Source of the DNA: an uncultured Methanomassiliicoccales archaeon
GTDB lineage: Archaea > Thermoplasmatota > Thermoplasmata > RBG-16-68-12 > JAJISG01
Length of the DNA stretch: 56,359 nucleotides
Assembly: GCA_964348155.1 (NCBI GenBank)
Contig: CAYGBN010000004.1
Span: 4,195-60,553 of the forward strand
Direction: 5' to 3'
The notes under the pieces were generated by a model. It saw nothing but the letters and a program-made list of their open reading frames with translations, did not search any database and was not told the origin of the DNA. Below are positions 1-8,316 of this stretch, in pieces. The position numbers were made by a program, and so were the translations under genes. Numbering within the stretch: the first letter of the stretch is position 1; the number at the start of each line of letters is the position of its first letter.

Positions 1-1096
1 CGTTCAGGGTGATGTACTCCTCAAAGAGCCGCAGGGGGTCTAGGGTGAACTCCTCCACGGAGCGCCGTTCCCGCTCCGTGGTGGCGAAGGAGAGCTCGTA
101 GTGGAAGGCCTCCGAGAGCCGCTGGGAGATGGCGGCCTCGTCCAGCAGCTCCCGTTGGCCTTCTTCCAGCGTGATCTCCAGGCGCACCATGGCGTCTCGG
201 AGGTCTCGATCCAGGGCCTCGAGGACGGCCTCCGTCGGGGCCCCTGTCGTGGCGTCCACCTCCAGCTTCAGCATGGGTCGAACGGGCAGCGGATGGAAGG
301 CCCACCCCTCCCTCGGACGATAGACGACAAATCCCTTCTCGTCCACGCGCTCCGGGGTCCCCACGTAGACCACGCGGTCGCCCAGGGCCTGGTGCAGGTG
401 AATGTGGCCGAAGATGGCGAGTTCGACGGCAGACGGGATCATGTCCCGCGTGAAGGAGAACTCCCCCGGGAGGACCTCGGGGGAGGCGGTGGCGCGGACC
501 TGGGCACCCTCAACGTAGTAGTGGCCCAGCATGAGAACGTGGTCCCCCCGAGCCTCCGCCGCCCGCTTCTTGATCCACTCCTTCAGCATGCGGCGGCCCA
601 GCTCGAAGGTCTGCTCCCGGGGGACCTCCTCCCCCAGGCGCTCCCGGACGCGGTCGGCGATGTGCTCCGGGTGGAGGTACGGGAGGATGAGGAGGGTGGC
701 GGACTCCCCGTCCAGGATGGCCTCCCGCACCGTGGGCTCCCGGAAGACCTCCACGTGGGGGTACCCCCGGAAGTCGTCCAGCGACGTGCCCCGCGTCCAC
801 TGGCGGGGCTGGTCGTGGTTTCCCGCCACGATCCACGTGGGGATGCGGGCCTCCCCCAGGGGCTCGATGACGTCCTTCCGGACCAGCTCCCGGAAGGAGG
901 GGCTCACGTGGGTGCGGTCGAAGAGGTCCCCGTTGACCACGAAGAGGTCCAGCTCCTCGTCGATGGCGTGCTGGGCCGTCCGGGCGAAGTTCCGGTGCAG
1001 GTCCAGGGCGCGGTCGGAGATGCCCGTCTCGGGGTCCACGCGAAAACTGAAGTTGATGCCCTCGTGGACATCGGAGACAACGAGGAGGCCGCCCAT
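1..1096 (-). CDS. mre11: DNA double-strand-break repair nuclease Mre11 (3' end runs off the window edge)
   Basis: Absent from the ORF track because it is open at position 1. My translation from ATG 1096 reads MGGLLVVSDVHEGINFSFRVDPETGISDRALDLH... It carries the calcineurin-like phosphoesterase motifs DVH, GDLFD, GNHD, GHYY and GHIH. A TATA-like TTTAAG lies 24 nt upstream. Confidence 0.85.
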   Translation of the reverse strand, partial: MGGLLVVSDVHEGINFSFRVDPETGISDRALDLHRNFARTAQHAIDEELDLFVVNGDLFDRTHVSPSFRELVRKDVIEPLGEARIPTWIVAGNHDQPRQWTRGTSLDDFRGYPHVEVFREPTVREAILDGESATLLILPYLHPEHIADRVRERLGEEVPREQTFELGRRMLKEWIKKRAAEARGDHVLMLGHYYVEGAQVRATASPEVLPGEFSFTRDMIPSAVELAIFGHIHLHQALGDRVVYVGTPERVDEKGFVVYRPREGWAFHPLPVRPMLKLEVDATTGAPTEAVLEALDRDLRDAMVRLEITLEEGQRELLDEAAISQRLSEAFHYELSFATTERERRSVEEFTLDPLRLFEEYITLN

Positions 1097-1120
1097 CGCG
1101 GAGGGGTAACGGGGGGCCGG

Positions 1121-1152
1121 CTTAAAGGGGTGAAGGGGAGGTGGGTGAAAGT
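1121..1152 (-). promoter_or_regulatory. mre11 promoter: ACTTTCACCCACC box (1152-1140) + 13 nt + TTTAAG TATA element (1126-1121)
   Basis: Read on the minus strand: ACTTTCACCCACC-TCCCCTTCACCCC-TTTAAG, then 24 nt to ATG 1096. The same box and spacing recur at 26184-26216, 29221-29252 and 22000-22034. Confidence 0.6.
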
Positions 1153-1156
1153 GGCG

Positions 1157-1489
1157 TCACGGACCCCGCACCCGGGAGAGGTGCTTGTGCCCCACGTAGA
1201 CGTCGTCCCACCGGCCGCCCATGGCCGCCCGCATCCTCTCCACGACGTCCGCCAGGTCGAACCCCTCGTCGGGGTCGAGAGCCAGCACGCCCTCGCCAGA
1301 GGCGGAGGCGAACTCGATGGCCAGGACCTCCCGGAAGTCCTCGCCCTGGGGCATCAGCGTGGTGTAGACCAGGGTGACGTCCTGGAGGCGGATCTCTTGC
1401 CCCGGGAGGCCGCCTCCCGACACGCGGAGGGTCCCCGCCTCGACCTCCAGTCGGGGTTCCCTCCGCCGTCCGAAGAGGAAGGCGAGCAT
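1157..1489 (-). CDS. small hypothetical protein with a short hydrophobic N-terminus
   Basis: This is the C-terminal part of track ORF 1157..1627. The text reads naturally from MLAFLFGRRREPRLEVEAGTLRV... onward with GC3-rich codons. Start is uncertain (ATG 1489 or GTG 1507). No family recognised. Confidence 0.4.
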   Translation of the reverse strand: MLAFLFGRRREPRLEVEAGTLRVSGGGLPGQEIRLQDVTLVYTTLMPQGEDFREVLAIEFASASGEGVLALDPDEGFDLADVVERMRAAMGGRWDDVYVGHKHLSRVRGP

Positions 1490-1592
1490 CAGGAAGGCGG
1501 ACACCACGGGGCCTCGAGGGGGGCCGTCGCCTATCCCCCTTTCCCCGCCGCAGGGTCGACACCCTTTTGCGCGTCGCCTCCGATGGCCGGGC

Positions 1593-2249
1593 GTGATCCG
1601 CGCCACCCGCCATCCTGGCGTCTTCACCGACGGCCGTGACCTCTACACGGAGAACCGGGTGGTGGGCGTCTCCGTGTACGGGGAGCGGATCCGACGAGAG
1701 GAGGGGCGGGAGTTCCGCTACTGGAATCCCCGCAGGAGCAAGCTCGCCGCCCTCCTCCACGTGGCGCCCGACGCATCCCCCGTCCTCCCCGCCTCCCGGA
1801 TCCTCTACCTGGGGGCGGGCACGGGGACCACGGCCAGCCATCTCTCCGACATCCTGCAGGAGGGGATCGTCTTCGCCGTGGAGGCGGCCCGGAGGGCCTT
1901 CGAGAAGCTCCTCCTCCTGGCGGAACGTCGGGACAACCTCATTCCGATCCTGGCCGACGCGCGGCGCTCCGAGGCGTACCGGGCGACGGTGGAGGGGGCG
2001 GACCTCCTCTACCAGGACGTGGCCCAGCGAGATCAGGCCCGGATCTTCCTGCGGAACCTCCCCCTGGCGGCGCCGGAGGCTCCCGGCGTGCTCATGGTGA
2101 AGGCGCGCAGCGTGGACGCGGCGGCCCCGCCCGAGGAGGTGTACCGACGGGAGCTGCGGGTCCTTCGGGAGGGCGGCGTGCGGCACGCCCGCCTGGTTCC
2201 TTTGGAGCCGTACCAGCACGACCACGCCGCCGTCCTGGTGCAGCCGTAG
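1593..2249 (+). CDS. flpA: fibrillarin-like rRNA/tRNA 2'-O-methyltransferase
   Basis: Taken from the 1374..2249 frame. Hallmark text: GVFTDGRDLYTEN..GVSVYGE..EFRYWNPRRSKLAA..LYLGAGTGTTASHLSDI. In-frame GTG 1593 gives about 218 aa, typical for archaeal fibrillarin. Confidence 0.85.
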   Translation: MIRATRHPGVFTDGRDLYTENRVVGVSVYGERIRREEGREFRYWNPRRSKLAALLHVAPDASPVLPASRILYLGAGTGTTASHLSDILQEGIVFAVEAARRAFEKLLLLAERRDNLIPILADARRSEAYRATVEGADLLYQDVAQRDQARIFLRNLPLAAPEAPGVLMVKARSVDAAAPPEEVYRRELRVLREGGVRHARLVPLEPYQHDHAAVLVQP

Positions 2250-2315
2250 CCTGGCCAGGGGTCCAAACGTTATATACGGGAACCCCCGTAGACAGTGCCT
2301 CCGAGGCTCACGCTC

Positions 2316-2771
2316 ATGGCACGGATGCATCGACGGCGCAAGGGAAGGTCCTCGTCGACCCGCCCCAGCCTGGAGAAGGCCCCCACCTGGGTCCCCATGA
2401 AGCCGGGGGAGGTGGAGAAGCTCATCCTGAAGCTTCACGAAGAGGGGCTCTCCACCGCCCAGATCGGCATCCGCCTGCGGGACCAGCACGGGGTGCCCAG
2501 CGTCAAGCTCGTGACGGGGAAGTCCATCAGCCGCATCCTCCGGGAGAACGGCGTGACCATGGAGCTTCCGGAGGACCTGCGCAACCTCATGCGGAAGGCC
2601 GTGGGCCTGGTGGAGCACCTTCGCGAGCACACGCGCGACATCCACAACCGCAGGAACCTCGAACTCATCGAGGCCAAGATCCGTCGGCTGGCGAGCTACC
2701 ACAAGCGAAGCGGGGCCCTGCCGGAGGACTGGCAGTACTCCCGGAGCGCGGCGGAGATCCAGGTGAGGTAG
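2316..2771 (+). CDS. rps15: 30S ribosomal protein uS15 (S15P/S13e)
   Basis: MARMHRRRKGRSSSTRP...LHEEGLSTAQIGIRLRDQHGVPSVK...RRLASYHKR. The TATA element TTATATA lies at 2270-2276. Confidence 0.9.
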   Translation: MARMHRRRKGRSSSTRPSLEKAPTWVPMKPGEVEKLILKLHEEGLSTAQIGIRLRDQHGVPSVKLVTGKSISRILRENGVTMELPEDLRNLMRKAVGLVEHLREHTRDIHNRRNLELIEAKIRRLASYHKRSGALPEDWQYSRSAAEIQVR

Positions 2772-2779
2772 GCCTCCCC

Positions 2780-4144
2780 ATGGACCTGCTCGCGCAGTTG
2801 CCGGAGGGCCTGACGGAACGACTGGGCCAAGGCATCGAGGCCCTGGAGGGTGCCGACCGCGTCCGCATCCTTTCCCACTACGACGGCGATGGCACGGCCT
2901 CCGCGGCGCTGCTGACGGCCTCTCTCCTGCGGCGGGGCGTGGAGACCCATGCGACCCTCTCCCACAACGTGGACCCCGACAGCCTGAAGGAGCTGGCCCT
3001 GGAGAACGCCGACGCCCTCCTGGTGAGCGACATGGGGAGCGCCCAGGTGGATGTCCTGGAACGGCTGAAGGTCCCCGTGGTCATCCTGGACCACCACCAG
3101 CCCCTCCGGGAGTCGGAGAAGGTGGTCCAGGTGAACCCCCACCTCTTCGGGTTGAGCGGGACGAAGGACCTCTGCGGGGCCACGACGACCTTCCTGTTTA
3201 CCCTGGCCCTGGCGGAGGAGAACCTGGACCTGGCGGGCCTCGCCCTGGTGGGGTGCATCGCCGACCGGCAGCACGTGGGGGGGTTCAGCGGGTTGAACGA
3301 GCTCCTCTTCGACGCGGCCTTGGAGGCCGGCGTCCTCCAAGCGGAACGGGGCCTGGCCCTGGCGGACCTGCCCCTGGAGGAGGCCCTCCTCTACTCCGTG
3401 GGGCCCTACTTCAAGGCCCTGTCCGGGCGGCGGAAGCAGGTCAAGGCCTTCCTGAAGGAGACGGGGCTGGACGGCGGGAAGCGGTTCCGCGAGCTGGAGG
3501 AGGCGGAGCGGGAGGGCCTCACGTCCGCCCTCACCCTCCGGCTCATGGAGCAGGGCATTCGGCCGGAGACCGTGGAGCACCTTGTGGAGGACCGCTACTG
3601 GTACCCTCCCTACGAGATGTACGTGGACGACCTGGAGAGCTACGTGAACGCCTGCTCCCGACAGAAGGAGGAGTCCCTGGGCGTGGCCCTCACCCTGGGC
3701 GACTTCACCGGGGTGGAGCGGGCGGAGGAGATCCGGCGGAAGCACTGGAAGGCGGTCCTCAAGGGCCTCATGAAGGTGGAGGCCGAGGGGGTCTTCGAGC
3801 GGAAGCACGTTCAGTTCTTCTACGCCGACGGGCCGACGCTGGCGGGCACCGTGGCCGGCGTGAGCATGCGGTACCTGCTGGACCAAGAGAAGCCCACCCT
3901 GGCGCTGGCGGTGGTGGACGGCACGACGAAGGTGTCCGGCCGGGCCACGGACTACCTGGTGGATCGGGGGGTGAACCTCGCGGAGGCCCTCCGGGAGGGG
4001 GCGGGGGCCGTCGGCGGCTCCGGCGGAGGCCACAACATCGCCTCCGGCGCCAGCATCCCCAAAGGGAAGGAGGAGGGCTTCCTGGAGGTCGTGGACAGCG
4101 TGGTGGACAGGCAGCTCGCGGGGGCGGACGACGACGCGTCGTAG
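2780..4144 (+). CDS. DHH-family phosphoesterase, archaeal RecJ/GAN (Cdc45-like) homologue
   Basis: DHH motifs are present: SHYDGDGTASAA, VSDMG and ILDHHQP. A DHHA1-like C-terminus carries GGGHNIASGA. The gene starts 8 nt after rps15. Confidence 0.8.
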   Translation: MDLLAQLPEGLTERLGQGIEALEGADRVRILSHYDGDGTASAALLTASLLRRGVETHATLSHNVDPDSLKELALENADALLVSDMGSAQVDVLERLKVPVVILDHHQPLRESEKVVQVNPHLFGLSGTKDLCGATTTFLFTLALAEENLDLAGLALVGCIADRQHVGGFSGLNELLFDAALEAGVLQAERGLALADLPLEEALLYSVGPYFKALSGRRKQVKAFLKETGLDGGKRFRELEEAEREGLTSALTLRLMEQGIRPETVEHLVEDRYWYPPYEMYVDDLESYVNACSRQKEESLGVALTLGDFTGVERAEEIRRKHWKAVLKGLMKVEAEGVFERKHVQFFYADGPTLAGTVAGVSMRYLLDQEKPTLALAVVDGTTKVSGRATDYLVDRGVNLAEALREGAGAVGGSGGGHNIASGASIPKGKEEGFLEVVDSVVDRQLAGADDDAS

Positions 4145-4174
4145 GTCCTCGCGGTTGCCCCCGGCCGCCGGACC

Positions 4175-4459
4175 CTAAGGCCCCAGAACCGCCAGGCCTC
4201 GGGGCGAGGGGATGACGATCTCCAGGGCCCCCCGGTACAGGTGCACCTCCCCCCGCACCCGCACCAGCGCCCCCGGCACGAGGTCCCACCTTCCCTGCAT
4301 CGCCTCGCGGACCGCCGTGGGGGCGAAGGCGCGGATCTCCGCGCCGTCCAAGGGATCCCACAGGATGAGGAGGAGCCCGGCGGGGGAGCGTTCCACCGTC
4401 TTCACCTCCGCCACGACCTCCACCCACCGCCCCACGTGGCCCGGGTGGATGTCCCCCAC
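4175..4459 (-). CDS. OB-fold (tRNA_anti-like) nucleic-acid-binding domain protein, probably the C-terminal part of a split gene
   Basis: GHVGRWVEVVAEVKTVERSPAGLLLILWDPLDGAEIRAFAP...LVRVRGEVHLYRGALEI matches a typical OB barrel pattern. The ORF begins at GTG just after an in-frame stop. Confidence 0.55.
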   Translation of the reverse strand: MGDIHPGHVGRWVEVVAEVKTVERSPAGLLLILWDPLDGAEIRAFAPTAVREAMQGRWDLVPGALVRVRGEVHLYRGALEIVIPSPRGLAVLGP

Positions 4460-4605
4460 CCCCTCCTCCAGCCGGCCCGCCAGTCCCCCACGGCGAGAAG
4501 GGGCGGGGCGACCAGCAGGGTGGCGAGGGAGAGGCCGAGAAGGGAGAGCACGGCCCCCAGGGCGACCAGGGCGACGCCGGCTCCCCGGGAGAGACGCCGC
4601 GTCAT
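4402..4605 (-). CDS. N-terminal transmembrane segment ORF, likely the 5' part of the OB-fold gene in another frame
   Basis: MTRRLSRGAGVALVALGAVLSLLGLSLATLLVAPPLLAVGD is followed by W/R/G junk. It overlaps the OB-fold ORF by 58 nt in a different frame. Confidence 0.35.
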   Translation of the reverse strand: MTRRLSRGAGVALVALGAVLSLLGLSLATLLVAPPLLAVGDWRAGWRRGWGTSTRATWGGGWRSWRR

Positions 4606-4608
4606 GGC

Positions 4609-5145
4609 CTAGTAGCCGTCGATGAGGTTCACGACCTCGCGGCGGTCCATCTCCCGCCGAAGCGCCTCGCCCTCCAGCACCTCCAGGTTCCGCTCCAGGA
4701 GGGCGAGCTCCTTGGCCTCCAGGGCCTCGGGGGCGATGGGGATGAGCATGATGGCCTTCGCCTGCATCGCGAACTCGTTCACGCTCTCCACGAAGAGGAG
4801 GGTCTGGACGAAGTTGTTGTTCAGGATGAGGTACTCCAGCCCGTCCAGGAGCACCACGGCCTCCTCCTGCTCCCTGATGAAGCGCGTGATCCGCTGGCTC
4901 AGCCCCCCCAGGGAGCGGGGGTTGTGGAAGTTCTCCCCCGGGGTGTGGCTCAGCCAGACGAGGAGGACGTCCTCGAAGAGGGGGTCGTCCTTGAACTTGG
5001 AGGGGTGGCGGCGGGTCACCATGAGGCCCTTCCGTCCCTCCTTCAGGAGCATGCGGAACAGCCGGAAGCTCAGGTCGGGCTTGCGCTCCTTCACCAGGTA
5101 GCTCTCATCGCCCAGCTCCAGGGGACGCGCGGTGCCCTCTTCCAT
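4609..5145 (-). CDS. DUF835-like (KaiC/RecA-fold, P-loop-less) protein
   Basis: SYLVKERKPDLSFRLFRMLLKEGRKGLMVTRRHPSKF...VWLSH...VVLLDGLEYLILNNNF fits the DUF835 pattern as I remember it. ATG 5145 is preferred over the TTG at 5184. Confidence 0.55.
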   Translation of the reverse strand: MEEGTARPLELGDESYLVKERKPDLSFRLFRMLLKEGRKGLMVTRRHPSKFKDDPLFEDVLLVWLSHTPGENFHNPRSLGGLSQRITRFIREQEEAVVLLDGLEYLILNNNFVQTLLFVESVNEFAMQAKAIMLIPIAPEALEAKELALLERNLEVLEGEALRREMDRREVVNLIDGY

Positions 5146-5200
5146 GCTCCTCCGACCGGAAAGTAACCTGGCCAGAGATATCAAGTTTGTGACGGGGCGG

Positions 5201-6361
5201 CTAGGCGGCCAGGGTGGCCTCCAGGGTCTCGATGAGGGGGCGTGCAGGCACCTCCTGCAGGGAGATGATGGTCGTCTTCCCCGTGACCCCCTCGCCCGAG
5301 GGCTTCGCCTCGATGAAGCCCAGGACGTCCAGGTCCTGGAGGTACTTCCAGAACTGCGTGTGGCCCCGCCTCTTCTCGCCGAACTCCTCGCACACCAGGG
5401 CGTAGGCCTCCTCCGCCTCCCCCGTGGTCACGTACGCCTTCCTCTCCAGCTTCCGAGCCAGGGCCAGCAAGGCCGCCATCTTGGGGCGATCCAGCCCCTC
5501 CAACGACTCCTCGCTCAACAGGGCGTGGGTCGTGGCCCGGGCGCCCCGGACCTGCTCCGGCAGGACCTCCCGCAGGCCCTCGTCCAACGCCAGCTCCCCC
5601 GCCCGCTGCAAGAGCTCGATGGCGTAGCGTGCGTCTCCGTACCCCGAGGCGATGTCCGCGATGAGGTCCACCACCTCCGCCGAGACCACGTCCGGAAAGA
5701 AGGCCAGCGCGATCCGGTCCGCTAGGATGTCGGCCAGCTCGGGCTGCGTGTACTTGCCGAACTCCACCACGTGGCTCCGCCGGAAGGTGCTCAGGGTGGC
5801 CTTGTCCAGGTAGGGGAGGACGTCCCGCTGCGAGATGAGGAGGACGTTCACGCTGCCCCGGGGCTCCCCGGCCTCCTCGTCGAACCGCGTCAGGCTGTAG
5901 AGGAGGTCGGTGGACCTCCTAAGGAGGACGTCCGCCTCGTCTAGGATCACCAGGAGGCGGGCCCGCTCCCGCTCCAGGTGCTTGCGAAGCACGTTCAGCT
6001 TCTCGGCGATGGAGAAGCCCCGGTCCGGGAAGCGCTCGTCCCAGTGCTTCAGGATGGCGAGGAGGACGGCGTCCTCCGTCGGCCGCTGGCGGCAGTTCAC
6101 CAGGAGCCATCGCACGTTCTTCCCCTGCGCCCGGGCCGCCTCGGCGAAGTCGGTGGCGAACCGCTGCGACACGTGGGTCTTCCCCGTCCCCACGTTCCCC
6201 ACCAGGAAGGCGTGGCAGGCGAGGTTCGCCTCCGCCAGGGGCTGGAAGAGCCCCTCCAGCGTGGCGAGCTGCTTGTCCCGGTGGGGCATCCGCTCGGGCA
6301 CGTAGTCGAAGGAGAGCTTGGAGAGGTCCCGAAAGACGGGGCGGCCTCCAGCCCGGGACAT
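5201..6361 (-). CDS. cdc6: Orc1/Cdc6 family AAA+ protein
   Basis: FDYVPERMPHRDKQLATLEGLF, Walker A GNVGTGKTH, Walker B LLVILDEAD and a C-terminal winged helix are present. ATG at 6361; the upstream part of track ORF 5201..6787 is artefactual. Confidence 0.9.
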   Translation of the reverse strand: MSRAGGRPVFRDLSKLSFDYVPERMPHRDKQLATLEGLFQPLAEANLACHAFLVGNVGTGKTHVSQRFATDFAEAARAQGKNVRWLLVNCRQRPTEDAVLLAILKHWDERFPDRGFSIAEKLNVLRKHLERERARLLVILDEADVLLRRSTDLLYSLTRFDEEAGEPRGSVNVLLISQRDVLPYLDKATLSTFRRSHVVEFGKYTQPELADILADRIALAFFPDVVSAEVVDLIADIASGYGDARYAIELLQRAGELALDEGLREVLPEQVRGARATTHALLSEESLEGLDRPKMAALLALARKLERKAYVTTGEAEEAYALVCEEFGEKRRGHTQFWKYLQDLDVLGFIEAKPSGEGVTGKTTIISLQEVPARPLIETLEATLAA

Positions 6362-6464
6362 GGGGGGTGAGTACCCGAGCGCCGCGATAAAAACGTTCGC
6401 CCAGGGGGTCGGCCAGGCCTCCGTCGCGAAACCTTTTAAGCTCCCCTGGGAATGGCCGGGGGCC

Positions 6465-6812
6465 ATGGCCGACGACGAGGTTCTCAGCTCCGTGCTCAAG
6501 GGCACCCTGGGCATCGTCCACACGGAGGACCTCCTCCTAGAGGCCGTCCGGGATCTCGTCCGGGAGGAGGTCAAGGGGTACATCCGGCAGCGCCTGGAGG
6601 ACCGCCCCGCCCTGAAGGAGGAGATGAAGCAGGGCGTGGCCGCCCTCATCGAGGCGAAGGTACGGGAGGCCTCGGCCCTCCTGCTGATCGCCAAGAGCGC
6701 CGCCAAGCTGGGGGTGGAGCTCGTCCCGGCGCCCCTCCGCAAGGAGGTCGCCAAGGAGCTGGTGGACGCGCTGGAGAAGGAGATCACGACGATCCTGGAG
6801 CGGACGCAGTAG
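6465..6812 (+). CDS. hypothetical all-helical protein (115 aa)
   Basis: MADDEVLSSVLKGTLGIVHTEDLLLEAVRDL... with GC3-rich codons. The TATA-like CTTTTAAG ends about 16 nt upstream of ATG 6465. No family recognised. Confidence 0.5.
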   Translation: MADDEVLSSVLKGTLGIVHTEDLLLEAVRDLVREEVKGYIRQRLEDRPALKEEMKQGVAALIEAKVREASALLLIAKSAAKLGVELVPAPLRKEVAKELVDALEKEITTILERTQ

Positions 6813-6881
6813 ACGCCTCGTTCCGTCCCACGATACTGATTTCGAAGCTTTTAAGGCCCGACCCGGCGACCGAACCATCCC

Positions 6882-8270
6882 ATGGCCCAAGAGCCCGGCC
6901 TCCAGTTGGAGGAAGAGGGAGGCGAGCCCCATGAGGCCGACGCCCCCTCCGACCTCCGAGCGGAGCTGGAGGCCCGCACGGTGAAGGAGCTTCGCGCGCG
7001 CGCCAAGGAGGATGGTGTGGACCTGTCGGGCCGACGCCGCAAGGCGGAGATCGTGGAGGCATTGCTTGCGGCTCGCGCCGCGGCCGAGACGTCCGAGAGG
7101 GAGGTCCGCGAGGACTCCGGGGGGACCGTGGACGTGGAGGACGCCATGAGCACCCTGGAGATCCTTTGGACGGGTGCCGGCAAGCGCCTGGAACGGGGGG
7201 ATTACCAGGCCGCCCTCGGCCTCGCGGACGAGGGCCTTCGCCTCCTGGATGGGTGGGCGCAAGCCTACCGCCAGGGCATGTGCGAGCGATCCCTGGAGGC
7301 GGCGGAACACTTCGCCCGTCGCTTCGAGGCCACGGGGCCCGCCCAGGATCTGAAACGCGATTTGCGCGAGGCCCGAGAGGCGTACGACGGGGAGGACCTT
7401 GAGGCGTGCGCCGGGGTTCTGACCTCCGTCGTCCGGGAGGTGGAAGCGCTCTACGCGCGCGAGGTGGAACGCGTGGCGGACATCCTCGTGGAGAAGGAGC
7501 GCACCCTGGAGGACCTCAGCGACGTGGACGCCGATCTGGCCCGGGCCCACGACCTCCTCTCCCTGGCGGAGGAGATGGTGGCGCAGGGCGACCGGGCCAA
7601 GGCCCTGGACCACATCCTCCACTTCGAGCGGGTCGTCGAGGACGCCGTGCAGGAGCGGGAGGAGCGGACGAGACGCTACCTGGAGAGCGTGGCGACCAAG
7701 CTGACGGAGACGGAGGAGCTGGGAACCTCGCTGAAGGGGGGCCGGAAGCTGCTGGAGCAGGCCCGCCGGGCCCTGGAGCGGGGCGACCTGGCCCGCGCGG
7801 GGGAGTACGGGCAGCAGTGCGAGAAGTCCGTCGTCGAGGTGCAGCGCCGCCACATGGAGCAGGCCATGACCCTCCGCCGGAGGCACTATCAGGAGGTGCG
7901 GGACCTCCTCGGCTATCTGAAGCCCCTCATCGAGGAGGCCCGGACCTACGGCATCGACATCGAGGAGGCGAAGGCCGCCATCAAGGAGGCGCTGGACCGC
8001 CTCCGGCAGGAGGAGTACTTCGCCGCCATGGAGAAGGGGCGAGAGGCCCGCCGCTTCATGGAATCCCTCCTCCCCGCCATCGTGATGGAGAGGGACAAGC
8101 GGGGCGTCGTTAGGCCCCAGGCCGGGGAGTGCAACCAGTGCGGCGGGGAGGACGTGATCTACCGGGACGACGGGTGGGGGGAGTGCAACACCTGCGGCAA
8201 CCGCTTCGTCTGGTCCACGAAGCAAGAGCCCTGGTTCGTCAGCTTCCTGAGGCGCCGGTTGACGCGCTAG
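6882..8270 (+). CDS. HeH/SAP (Rho_N-like) domain - helical repeat - C-terminal zinc-ribbon protein
   Basis: N-terminal LEARTVKELRARAKEDGVDLSGRRRKAEIVEALL matches the Rho_N/SAP pattern. About five helical modules each contain A..A...GD...A. The C-terminus has CNQCGG-x15-CNTCGN. The antisense 562-aa ORF is L/P/G/H-rich junk. Confidence 0.65.
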   Translation: MAQEPGLQLEEEGGEPHEADAPSDLRAELEARTVKELRARAKEDGVDLSGRRRKAEIVEALLAARAAAETSEREVREDSGGTVDVEDAMSTLEILWTGAGKRLERGDYQAALGLADEGLRLLDGWAQAYRQGMCERSLEAAEHFARRFEATGPAQDLKRDLREAREAYDGEDLEACAGVLTSVVREVEALYAREVERVADILVEKERTLEDLSDVDADLARAHDLLSLAEEMVAQGDRAKALDHILHFERVVEDAVQEREERTRRYLESVATKLTETEELGTSLKGGRKLLEQARRALERGDLARAGEYGQQCEKSVVEVQRRHMEQAMTLRRRHYQEVRDLLGYLKPLIEEARTYGIDIEEAKAAIKEALDRLRQEEYFAAMEKGREARRFMESLLPAIVMERDKRGVVRPQAGECNQCGGEDVIYRDDGWGECNTCGNRFVWSTKQEPWFVSFLRRRLTR

Positions 8271-8316
8271 CCTCCGCGGGGGAGTCCTTTTCTATCCAGG
8301 CCGCCTAGGCGCCGCC

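Noticed and set aside
5146-5200. An ACTTTC hexamer (minus strand, 5163-5158) in front of the DUF835 gene as a sixth box.
   Set aside because: Only the hexamer matches: ACTTTCCGGTCGG has no CCACC half. It sits between the TATA-like element and the ATG, not upstream of the TATA.
6362-6376. GGGGGGTGAGTACCC immediately upstream of the orc1/cdc6 ATG resembles the plus-strand form of the HARP-gene box with 6 nt deleted.
   Set aside because: It lies between the TATA element and the start codon rather than upstream of the TATA. It lacks the GAAAGT (ACTTTC) core. The similarity depends on an arbitrary gap.
6362-6464. A replication origin (ORB repeats plus an A/T-rich DUE) next to orc1/cdc6.
   Set aside because: The spacer is short and GC-rich, contains only two TATA-like elements, and has no repeated ORB-like sequence. 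CTCCGTCGCGAAAC resembles an ORB half-site only loosely and occurs once.
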